A DNA stretch of 54,691 nucleotides, the filler included, from Sphacelaria rigidula (taxonomy: Eukaryota): NCBI GenBank assembly GCA_964200075.2. It is 3 parts of 3 records of this genome, joined end to end, with 100 filler letters (N's around TTAATTAATTAA, not from the genome) between each part and the next. Parts side by side here need not be neighbours in the genome. Positions count along the whole stretch, not along the records: positions 1 to 18,172 come from CAXNAA020000901.1; positions 18,273 to 36,437 come from CAXNAA020000902.1; 1 more part is not named here. One strand, 5' to 3'. This document shows positions 13,801-24,510 of the stretch, one piece after another. The position numbers and the translations under genes were made by a program. The notes under the pieces are model-generated. The model was not told where the DNA came from. It saw nothing but the letters and a program-made list of their open reading frames with translations, and made no database searches. Positions within the stretch are counted from its first letter, which is position 1; the number at the start of each line of letters is the position of its first letter.

Positions 13801-14507
13801 AATAACAGCATTATTGGAAGTCAGGTGCACTGGGGTCTCACGCAGCACTCACATGAAGAACACACTGGTACTACTGTAGGTATAATGGTGACACGCAACA
13901 GCTTTCAGAACGTAAAATTCTTTTCATTGCCACCTTCCACCTACAATTACACAGTAGTGAGACATACTACCGAGAGCAATCCATTGAACGGCGCCTCAAC
14001 ACTCGACACGCACCATACACGTGGCACGAGAAGCGCAGGAAGCACTCAATCTACCATGTGTGCCTCGCATGTGCCACACGCTGGTGAGACCAACTCAAAG
14101 AATATACGCTCTGGAATCCCCAGCAACTTGACTGCCAACCGTGCCACGGAAAGTATCCGAGTCTACACCTATCCTTGAACGTCACATTTGGATGAGCGGG
14201 GATGCTTCTGCTGGCCACCGACACAAAACACTAAAGCGAAGAAGAGGGATCAAGAAAAGAAAACATACACACATATGGGCGATGCTGGCCTACCAGACAC
14301 ACGTTCGCTTGGTGCAAGAAGTGGTTCCTTCGTATTAATTTGTCAACGTTACCACCTTGCATCAAAAAGAAAGCGTCATCTCCCAAAATTTACGAAAGTA
14401 TCGCTTACGCCCCGCTTCACCTCGCCCCACCCACGCAACATGCTGAGAAGGAGTAAAATCTAGATAGACCTCCGCCCGTTTCAAAACTCCATCTACAATA
14501 AAAGGCT

Positions 14508-16383
14508 TCAAAGCTCGAGGTGCTCCGTCGCCTTGCACCGCGCGACGTAGTCAGACTTCTCGAGGCACCCGTCACAGTCCACCCCCCTGTCCGCCAGGAT
14601 ACCCTTGAGCTGCTTCACTCGCAGCTTGTTGTAGTCCATGTTCTCCTTGTCCACCTTGATGGCTGCACGCACACCGAATGGACATACAAACAAAAACTTA
14701 GGCGGTGAGTTGAATCTCCTTCACACCGCTGTCAGCGACCAGGACATCATGAAGGCTGCATTTCAAAAAGTGAGGTCTCTTGGGTCCCTGGTAACTCGGA
14801 TGCACCCTGCGATCGCGGGTCTGACCGGTTGAACTTATTGGTTGGTGCTCACAACAGCAGGTCTTATCATCAAACGCCATGGGCAAGAGGATTATAGCGA
14901 GCTGGGTATGGCACCCCACGTACGATCGAAGTGGTTGCTTTGAAGAGAAAGCCGTCAATATCTCAGCTTTGTGGCTACTGTCTGACCACAATTTCGCGAG
15001 TTCGAGTGATGGTTGTCCTCGGGCAATGAGCGCCTCTGTTGAGGTATAGTAGGCAGCTTGTGTACGAACACAATCGAGACGAAACGGTTCATTCACCCGT
15101 GCACGGTCTACAAAACTGCCGCGGACAAGCAGCGGCTAGAGAGAATATCGACAACCTGGAACCGGTACCGAATCAACTATTACCACCACCAACTCGCGAT
15201 ATCGCTTCGTGGCTCTGGCGTCTTTCTGCGGCATCACTTCCAGCTGTTTCTGCGAATTTCTCGATCTCGATGTGCGTGGGCGAAACTCGAACGCCATTTC
15301 CTGGTTGTGATGATGTTGTGTTCACACAAGAGCGGCTACAAAACCCTTCCCGGACCCGCATTCACTCACGGTACTTGATCTCGCAGATTTCCGCGTTGTT
15401 CTTTTTGAGTCGCTGGCAGACCTTCAACTTCGGCATGCCGGTTGAAAACGGTTGCGATATGTCTTTCTTAATCGGCAGGAAGTAGTAGCACTGCAAGGAA
15501 GCGGCGGCAAGGGGGTGCAAGGCGGGGAGATGCTCTCATGAGGAGTGTTGGGAGTGGTGTGAGAAATACCGTGACGCTACCACAAGAGGTTCGTTGCACA
15601 CAGATGTCCGCTCTAAGCTAGTTTACTGCACGTGCCGAGTGATAGACGAGATACATGGTCTGAATATGTATTTGGCAATTTGCAACTTTCGGGGGAGCGG
15701 CAGAGAGCAACAGGGTGCGCGGTGTACATCACCCCCTCAAAGTAAAACTCCGAGGTGGCAAGTCTGTGGCGGGTTTGTCTATCGACGAAAAGGCAACGGT
15801 GAGCCATTTCTTGCCTCAAGAGTATTGCACTATTCAAGCCGCGTCCTGGAGCAGAGACATGCATCTAGAGCCCAAACTGAAACATCCGGTCACGTGCTCA
15901 AATATATCTTGGGTCACGAGGAGACGCCCGTCTCCAGAGGCGTACGAAAGATGCTGCACGTGAGGGCGATGCTATTCCACTCGAGGCCCGCGGGGGAAGA
16001 GCTTCTATACTCTGCACAGGAATCACCATGGCTCCTGTTTGATCTGAAGCGTACCAGACACCCGAGATTCGTGTGATCGAGCGACGAGATTCTGAGGGAC
16101 CAACACACAAAATCAAAACCTTCAGTACGGCAATCTCCACGCTAAAATAGCTGCAGCATTCGAAATACATGCACAGCAGTGATTCAAATTTCCTGACTGC
16201 AACGAAACGCAAAGCCCTCCACGTACACAGGGTCATTCGTCACGCGACACCGCACCATCTTATCGTCCCTCGAGCTGAGTCGTTGCCCACAAAACTTGTC
16301 GATCGCAGCTTCGATCTTCAACTTGTTCTTGCGGTCCGCATCCGGCATCGAGTCGGCAACATTCTCCAGCACATGCACACACA
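14508..16383 (-). CDS. ARMET: ARMET/MANF-like ER protein (saposin-like plus SAP-like domains), 5'-incomplete; exons 16383-16256, 15490-15370, 14662-14508
   Basis: The spliced translation is (V)CVHVLENV...IDKFCGQRLSSRDDKM|CYYFLPIKKDISQPFSTGMPKLKVCQRLKKNNAEICEIKYP|IKVDKENMDYNKLRVKQLKGILADRGVDCDGCLEKSDYV...HLEL. It has the MANF cysteine pattern, the KLRVKQLK and CxGC motifs and a KDEL-like end. Splice phases are compatible. The signal-peptide exon was not found. Confidence 0.9.
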
Positions 16384-17929
16384 CTGTGCCCGAGAAAACA
16401 GCACAAGCACAAAGAGAATGGAAGGGAGATCCAAGGAAGGACGTGAAAAAGAAAAGAAAAGTTGGGCAGTGAATTTGGAAAGTGATCTGTTCAGCACACG
16501 CGCCCATCAGCTATGAATAGAACCGTACGTCACAACGAAACATAGCCTCTCAATCGCGAGAACTGTATTCAGCACGCCCAAACCCCAGATGATTGAACCA
16601 CGGCCTATTTTCCGATTGTTGCGTGGAAGAGGATCGAGAGGACGCGCATACGAATCCAACACGGTATGAACCTTCACATCGTTCATTGTGCGGGAGTAAC
16701 GTCAACTTCGCGTTCACCACAGATACCGGACACGCGTGGAACAAGTACACGTAGTGAGCTAGCTGCACACCATTCTTGCGATTGGGTGATCAGGTCATGG
16801 GCAAGGAGGCACTGCCAGAAAGACTCCTCAGCTCGTTTTCTTTTCCCACTGCTCTTTCGGACGAAATAAGCACAGCCAGAAGAAGTCATGAGGTGAAACG
16901 ATTGTGTCGGGGTTATTCCCCCGTGCATGACGCAATTGGGTGAAATCACGGTGGAGAAAGTTAAACCGAACCTGGATGAAACAACACAGAAGCAACGACG
17001 ACGGAACCGATACACCGTCCGCTGCGTGTGACTCGGGAAGGTGCACACAACTGCTTTGTACAGTTGAAGACGAAAATTCTGGAGTTCTCCTAGGAAAGGA
17101 TATTCCAGGGCTGTCCTTAGTCGCAGTATTCCAGAAATGAATGCACGGTACAGTACCTGATTCTTGCGCCATCACTGCGATACACTGAGAGGTATTGTGG
17201 GATGTATCTCAAGACGTGGCGATATTCTTTCATCTCAATTACTCTCGGTAACGCAGTGTGCGCAAGCTACGGTAGGGGACCGGGCGACCGGAACACCTTC
17301 GGTGATGCGTCTCAATCATCACCATCACGAGTTCCACGGTTACCGGAAACTTCAGCACCCTCCCGCGCTAGTCACGGTTCTCGGCATGGCCTGACGGCAA
17401 TTTTTATGCAGTGTTATCATGTATGTACAGCTTGTCCATGAATCAGTCGGGACAGATGTATCGATAAATATATACAATATAATGCGAAAGCTACACCGCG
17501 TTTTTGTATTGTGCCGCCATTTCCAAAGGAAGGATTCCCAGCGTGGCGCGCACGTACAAAGATCTGTGGTTCAAACCATTCACGGTTCGGACGAATCATT
17601 GCTGGTTCCAAAAACCAAATCTACGACGTCTTAGGCCTGATTACTCGAAAGCGAGAAAAAACTCGACCGCTGGTCAAACAGGTCTCCATGCAACTTTTTC
17701 GCCATTCAACGTGCCTGGGCTGCGCGTACCTGGCTTGCAACGCTGAAAACAAAGCCTTATGATTGATTTCTAAGGTACGAGTCAAAAACACTAAAATCAA
17801 GTAATTTCCAGACGAATCGTCAATTCGTTCGACTTTCAAAACCATCTCGTCTTCTCGTTTCGTGTCTTGTACTTCTCATCGTACGTCTGAGGGTGAATGC
17901 CTTCCGGGGGACGGGGGTGGGGGGGTGGG

Positions 17930-18083
17930 AGGGAGGGCGTACTCATTTATTGCTTGTCTTAGTCGTTTGACCATTGACCACGCATTATTTTCGAGGCGGA
18001 GCACCATTCCTACTCCAAATAGAGACACCTTCAACATTCGGGCACTCATTACGTTTCTTCCATACATTACACAAAAAACCTTT
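17930..18083 (+). repeat. Dispersed repeat family X, copy 2
   Basis: Homologous to 62-142 and, over its whole length, to the reverse complement of 40030-40190. Confidence 0.8.
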
Positions 18084-18172
18084 TACATATCTTATCCCCG
18101 TCCTGTTTCGCCGTCTGTGGCCACCAGTTATCTCCTAGTATGGCCATCGCTTTCTCCCTACTGTCTAATGCA

Positions 18173-18272
18173 NNNNNNNNNNNNNNNNNNNNNNNNNNNN
18201 NNNNNNNNNNNNNNNNTTAATTAATTAANNNNNNNNNNNNNNNNNNNNNNNNNNNNNNNNNNNNNNNNNNNN
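18173..18272. other. Artificial contig linker (N44-TTAATTAATTAA-N44)
   Basis: Exactly 100 nt, with stop codons in all six frames; identical to the linker at 36438-36537. Confidence 0.97.
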
Positions 18273-19266
18273 GGGGGGTATAAACCGTTATCCAGTCTGT
18301 AAGGCCCCTTGACACCATCGGTGTCGTACAGGACCTAGAGTGGTTGGATTCACCAGCAAGAAGCACTCTTCTTATGCTGATTTTAGTAAGCGTTTTGACA
18401 GCATCTTTTGTGCTCAACCCCGCACAGAGTTGGCGACACAGCACCTTCTGACACAACTCAACTTGCTGCGGATAGCCAAGACACATGCCGACCGATGCAT
18501 CAACTCTCGAGGTGGTAAACGAGTACCCTCGCCGCAAAGGGAACAAAATAAGGGAAAAGATAAACCCACGAGGAGCAAAAAAATTACGAAGCAATCTCGG
18601 TCTTGAAACGATACGATGACCGCTAGCGTGTCCTATCCACATGTGTAGAGTCAGTTTGCAACGCAGTACAGCATGAGTCCTGTGCGGATGCGTATCGGAT
18701 ACCGAGATGGGAAAATGCCACGGTGTTTGAACAACGTCTGTACCTGTTCTGCCAGCTTTTGGGAAATACCTATCGCCGCTTTATGAGCTGTGATGGGCAG
18801 GATGTCGTTGCATGAGGTTGCTATGGAAACTTCCTATAGGTGTGAGGTGTGTGACAGCGTAGTTGCAAGTTCATGTTGCATTAGGTCTTCTGATTCTACC
18901 GTGTTTCCTTCTTGGAGGGGTGGTATAAATCGTGACACTAAATCAGGAACAACAATGTCCAGCGAGGAGCGCGGGCGTTTAAAGGGTAAATAAACGACCT
19001 GCGAATGCTGGGAGCGCATGAAACAGTGACCACTGTTCGCGTATTGATTTGGGGTGGTAACTTTCAACCGCGATTCTCCCAATAAGTAAGACCCTGAACC
19101 GCTGGCATTCCGCTCATCAACAGCACTTGGCATGAAGTGAAGTGGCATGACTACCTCGCTGCGCAGTGCTCAATAGAACGAGGATCAAGCACTGACATCC
19201 AGGGTGTTATACACACGTTTCATGAAGTATATCATCCTGCAGAGGTAACATGTGCGTTGACCAAAC

Positions 19267-19543
19267 CTGCATTATTGACCATGATGTCAACAGGACCGAA
19301 GCCTGCTTTAGCCGCCGCTACAAGTGCCTTGACCTCATCCCGCTTCGTGACGTCTGTCTTGCAAACAAGCACGTTCGCCCCTTCAACCTCCTTTTCGATA
19401 TTGCTCTTGACGCGTTCTAGCTCGTCTAGCCTACGTGCACCGATAACCACACGTGCGCCTGCCCGACTTAGCGCTGTTGCAATAGCAGCCCCAATACCCC
19501 CCGATGCACCAGTCACAACAGCGACTCTATCTGACAGCGACAT
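19267..19543 (-). CDS. Classical short-chain dehydrogenase/reductase, first exon only (probably NADP(H)-dependent)
   Basis: MSLSDRVAVVTGASGGIG (TGxxxGIG), GARR at the end of beta2, DVT and NNAG motifs. ATG at 19543 in an acaATG context and a GT donor at 19266. The exons with catalytic YxxxK are not seen before the contig end at 18273. Confidence 0.88.
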
Positions 19544-20032
19544 TGTTGTGGAAATTGATGAGTGGTGTTGTGTGCACCTGAGTGGCACGTGCGGTACGTC
19601 CATCATAATGTGTGAGACGGTGGATAGCACCCCGCATCCACGCCTTAGTAGTCTTTCGTGACATACATTCTTCCCCCTCGCGCTGTTCTCTAAATGACTG
19701 TCACCCCGCGCTGATTTCCAAATCTTGACCTGTGGACCGTATCCTTCATACCACAACTAGAGCACAATAGAAACCTAACCAAGAAGAGAGCCAATGAAAT
19801 TTGCACAAAGCCAGGTGATCGTTTGGATCCAGCACGGTCAAGTACGTCATGTGAATCTTCCTGCTTTCCAGTTTGAATCCTTGCGGCAGCAACGGATATA
19901 ACATATTTTATTGGTCAGTTTGGTTACTGATCGAGCTATCGGGCGGCGCGTCGCCTCATCATCGTCAACAACCCTGCGCGTGGAGCACAGGGCGTTGGTT
20001 TACTGCACTTATCGATATTTTGACTCCGTAGC

Positions 20033-22021
20033 ATGGACGATCGGTTGGAGGGGTGGTTATATGTACTTTACGTTATCCTGGTGGCGGCTGCGGCGGCTAT
20101 TGCCGTACCTCTCTTTTTCGCTCTGAGTAACAAAAGATCTGGCGCTACTGCCTCTACGACCGATGAGACATGTTTCAAGCGGTTTCCAGGTGGACCACTT
20201 ACCGTGTACTTCGGCTCTCAGACGGGTACCGCTGAATGCTACGCACAGGTTGTGGTCGCAGAGGGTATCGTGCACGGCTTCAGGGCGGAAGTAGTCGACC
20301 TCGAAGACTTCGACGTTGATGTGATGCTGAAGTCGGGCAAGGCCATATTCCTCATGGCCACCTATGGTAGGGGGAACCCAACGGACAACGCTCACAAGTT
20401 CTTCGACTGGGCTAGGAATCACAAGGGGCTATTGCCGGATGACTACCTCAGTTCTCTGAGTTACTCCGTCTTTGGTTTGGGCAACACACAGTACGAGCAT
20501 TACAACCTGGCCGGCAGGACAACTGATAAAATGTTGGAAGCACTTGGAGCGAACCGCGTCCATGTATACGGCGAGGGAGACGACGATGCAGATATCGAAG
20601 AGACGTTTGAAGATTGGAAAGCGTCATTGTGGGAAGTCCTAGTGAAAAAATTCGGGGGAATAGTCAATGTGGACGGGGTGGAGAAGGCTGCGGCTACAAG
20701 TATCCCATTTTCTCTGAGAATTCTGAGCGCTGAAGCAGCGGCCGTCACGCCTCCAACCTGCGAGTCTCAAGCAGCATGCTCTACCCAGTTTCATTGGCAT
20801 GCTGTGGATGCTTCAGTTGTTGTGAACAGGGAGTTACGAGCGGCTGGGGTGGGCTCTACGCGTCACATCGAGATTGATTTGGCCGGAAGTGGTGAAACAT
20901 ACCGCACCGCTGACAACCTCGCGGTGCTCCCGCTGAACGACCGAGTGTTGGCCGACAGACTATGCGCCCACCTCGGCTATGACCCAGCTTCTGTGTTCAC
21001 CCTGGACTACGACGACAGTCACAAGCCTGTATTTCCCACCCCCTGCACCGTTTTCGATGCATTTTCGCGTTTCATGGACATCGCGAGTGTTCCTCGTCGC
21101 ACTGTGCTGGAGCAGCTCGTGCCGTATGTCGTCGACCCTACCGAGTCAGAGCTAATGCATCAACTTAGCTCACACGAGGGCAGGGAAGCGTACCGCCACT
21201 TGGTGTGTGAGCGCGGTGAAACCCTGGCGGAGCTGCTCTTGGAGAAATTTTCGAGCATAAGCATACCTCTGGAGCACTTCCTGTGCATTGTTCCCCATCT
21301 GCATCCCCGTTACTATACCATCTCTTCGTCTTCGTCCATTTCACCAACAAGAGCACACATTACCGTAGCTGTGCTGCAACAAGAGAAAAAACAGGGGTAC
21401 GTCTACAACGGCATTTGCTCGACATTTCTCAGCAAGTTGGTCCCGCCTCCAGATATGGATGGGACTAATGAAACATGCACTAAACACAGCACATCCAATA
21501 CCGTAGCTAATCGATGTAGGGTGTTCGTGCGTGAGTCCACGTTTCGGCTTCCAATCAACTCCGCCGTGCCCATTCTCATGATTGGGCCCGGAACTGGAGT
21601 CGCTCCCATGCGAGCCCTACTCCAGGAACGCAAATGGCAGAAAACTCAGGGTCTCGAGGTCGGACGTACCTGGTTATACTTTGGGTGCAGACGCAGGGAT
21701 GAGGATTACATCTATCAAGACGAGTTGGAGACGTACGAAGCAGATGGAACTTTGGATCGACTGCGACTGGCTTTTAGCCGTGAAGAGACATCCAAAGTGT
21801 ACGTCCAGCATCTTCTGCGGCAGGACGCTACAGAGGTGTGGGAGCTGCTGGGTACGGGTGCCCACGTGTATGTGTGTGGGGGTACTCATATGGGAACAGA
21901 GGTACACGACGAGTTGACCCGAATTGCGCACGAGAGAGGACTGATGAGCGCTGAGCAAGCACGGAAATATACGCATGACCTTCAGGGCAGCGGCCGGTAT
22001 GTAGAGGAATTATGGTCGTAA
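20033..22021 (+). CDS. CPR: NADPH-cytochrome P450 reductase, paralogue A (intronless, 662 aa)
   Basis: N-terminal membrane anchor; FMN motifs GSQTGTAE, ATYGRGNPTDNA and VFGLGNTQYEHYN; GEGDDD; FAD motifs RYYTISS and GICSTFL; NADPH motifs MIGPGTGVAP, LYFGCR, AFSR...KVYVQ and YVCG; C-terminal WS. Confidence 0.96.
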   Translation: MDDRLEGWLYVLYVILVAAAAAIAVPLFFALSNKRSGATASTTDETCFKRFPGGPLTVYFGSQTGTAECYAQVVVAEGIVHGFRAEVVDLEDFDVDVMLKSGKAIFLMATYGRGNPTDNAHKFFDWARNHKGLLPDDYLSSLSYSVFGLGNTQYEHYNLAGRTTDKMLEALGANRVHVYGEGDDDADIEETFEDWKASLWEVLVKKFGGIVNVDGVEKAAATSIPFSLRILSAEAAAVTPPTCESQAACSTQFHWHAVDASVVVNRELRAAGVGSTRHIEIDLAGSGETYRTADNLAVLPLNDRVLADRLCAHLGYDPASVFTLDYDDSHKPVFPTPCTVFDAFSRFMDIASVPRRTVLEQLVPYVVDPTESELMHQLSSHEGREAYRHLVCERGETLAELLLEKFSSISIPLEHFLCIVPHLHPRYYTISSSSSISPTRAHITVAVLQQEKKQGYVYNGICSTFLSKLVPPPDMDGTNETCTKHSTSNTVANRCRVFVRESTFRLPINSAVPILMIGPGTGVAPMRALLQERKWQKTQGLEVGRTWLYFGCRRRDEDYIYQDELETYEADGTLDRLRLAFSREETSKVYVQHLLRQDATEVWELLGTGAHVYVCGGTHMGTEVHDELTRIAHERGLMSAEQARKYTHDLQGSGRYVEELWS

Positions 22022-23360
22022 AGTGACGATAGGCACGACTGACACGTTCCGCGAATAACAACAGGGTTGACACCACCGTAACGAAAGACATGTTGTATGG
22101 AATTATGGGTCAACTGGTTCACGCGCTAGTTTGTACTACGTTGAGTACATCAGACAGCGCGGGGTAACGGGTGTACTTTAATGGCTCACGCAGAAGAGCG
22201 AAGCAAGCGTCTGTTGGCGTTTGACATACTATGCAGTTCGCGGCGTCCACCGAGTGATTTCCTGGCCGAACAGTGATCCGAGGAACGCTCTTGCTCCACA
22301 CAATACAGCACTCTTTCGGGTGCATGTAACCCGAGCACCATCACTGCGCAGTTTACGGAGTCACCTGTCACGGCAACAAGCCTCAACGGCGCGGTGCCAA
22401 GATGTACTACATCAAGTAACGGGCACTTTCACGGTAATCCAGGCCAGCTTCTCGCGGGCTCAAACTCTGACCTGAAGCGAGAAAAAAAAATGCCGACTGG
22501 GAATTTGGTGGAGACGCTGAATCCGAGGTAACGTTTGCGATATCAACGTCTCCTTCACCAGAAAATGGCCAGTTTACATCCGAAATTACCAATTTGGGGT
22601 ATTCAAGACACGGTATCGAAAAAGGTAACTCGGGAGTCACATATACGCAATCAAATTAGGGGGGGGGTAGACAGCAATTCGCGGGCAAAACTTACCCCGC
22701 TTTTGTTTCGGTTGTTTCAGTACATGAAGACCTCATCAAGAGTCGTGGAAATAGTACATGTCACATACGGCCGTATTGACTACACATTCAATTCACTGGG
22801 GATGTCTCACGTGGAGGATGCGCCCATGGGTTTCCCGGGGATATGAAAGGAGCCGTCCCCGGGGATGGTATCCGCCGTTCTTTCCTGTTACAAACGAACG
22901 GTGATGCCCTTGACGATCCGAAGGGTAGATAGCAAAGATGTCGAGGTTTGACGATATCTTGCATTCGTTCAAAAGTATCATGGAATCCCCTCGCAAGCGG
23001 CTAATACGTCAAATAAGCCTTCTCTTAGATGAAGGTGTTTGGGGAGGAGATATGCTCATCTCATAGTCTCGCGCGTCGAGTTGGAAAGCCCGGTGCCACC
23101 CCCTGAAATCCAAATGGCAACCTGCGGCACTGGATCTTCTGAGGTTAGCCATATGTATTATATTTCTTCTTTATTATTTATCCCTGTTTTGCTTACATCG
23201 CGTTTTGTGAGTTTTAGTCCAGGTCTATTTTGTTTTTTTTGCTTTGTTTAATTCCCTCATACCTTATTATAGGTAGCTAGCCTGTGACCACGGAAGGCGT
23301 CCGCGTCAGGTGCCCAGTACGAATGTACCGCGCAGATATCGGAACGGTTTTTACTGTCAA

Positions 23361-23680
23361 AACAACAGCAACAACAACAGCAGCAACAACAATAGTTGGG
23401 TAGGAGGGGAAGGATGGTCTCGAACCAGCGAGCAGGATGCATACGTTATAATGACCACTCGCGTATTCAGGGACATCGCCATTCGTATTAAACAGGCCCT
23501 GACGGTAGAAGACGATCCCAGCACATACTTAGAGAGGAGATGGAGCAATATTTTCCCTGGGGTGTCTGTAGTACCGTTGAGAAATACAGAGGGCATGGTC
23601 AGTGAGGGTCAATTATAGGATTTTTATTGGTACTGGTCACGTGTTCAGATTTGTTTTCCGGCCGCAGATGGCTCATATTC
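23361..23680 (-). repeat. Diverged dispersed repeat with a (TGT/TGC)n tail, possibly a non-LTR retroelement 3' end; related to 27180-27440 and 27545-27615
   Basis: Shared blocks such as CCC.GG.GTGTCT..AGTAC..TTGAGAAA and TTGGTA..GGTCAC.TGTTCAGA...TCCGG.CGCAGATGGCTCA; microsatellite at 23361-23392. Confidence 0.6.
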
Positions 23681-24510
23681 CATATAATACCAGGGCTGTG
23701 AACTGGCAGCTCTGGTCAATTAAGTTTATAGTGGCCGCGCCAGCGGCCAGTACACGGATGCGTTTCCAGTTAGTCGGCTGAGGGAGCCTCACGGGAGCGT
23801 AACCGGAGGCAAGAAAGATTGTGGTATTCGGCTTGTTTTCCCTTGAAACATGTGGATAATTGTAAAGAAAGCGACCCCTCACATTAAGGAGCCGAGAGGC
23901 TTGGAATGCATTAAAATCTCTTTCAAAACGGTGAGCGATTCAAAAACCATTCGTCTGTAACATGTGGCAGCAGAGGCTCGGAACACGTGGGGATACGAGC
24001 GCAAAGTTATTTGCGTCCTCGCTGACAAACACGCGCGTAGTTGAATAGCAAGCCATGATAAATTCTGAATTTTGTGGTCGCGGGTTACCGTTTGTTACTT
24101 TTGTTTTCGGATGACGTGCAATAAAACAACCCTTGGCATATATCCACTATTTCACCTACTTCGAGGTGTAGTGAGCATGCTCTGCATCATTTTCGAAACG
24201 CTTTTAATCATGCAATTTGAGAACTGGCGATTGGGGTTTGGCGTGTGCAGTTCCGCATCAAGCTTCCCGCCGTATTTCAGTCACAATCCCTTTTTCAACG
24301 TACACGCTACGGCCGAAAGAACGGAAAATTGCAGAACTACGAGGTACCAACGAAGCAGAGGAGACGAAAAAAACCAGAAAACACCCGGAGTAGTCAGCTA
24401 GTGACTGGCCCAGGGCAAACCCGTTCTTCATGTGCTATGGTGCTTTCACAGAACGCCAGACCTACGCGGTACATATCGACCGAGACACAGAGGACGCAGC
24501 ATGAAGCTTT

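Noticed and set aside
19180..19240. SDR exon 2 (GMIYFMKR-like peptide)
   Set aside because: It would need an intron of about 28 nt, the phase does not fit, and a stop codon follows quickly.
14508..19543. SDR-ARMET fusion gene on the minus strand
   Set aside because: The splice phases happen to be compatible, but the two parts lie on different contigs separated by a synthetic linker.
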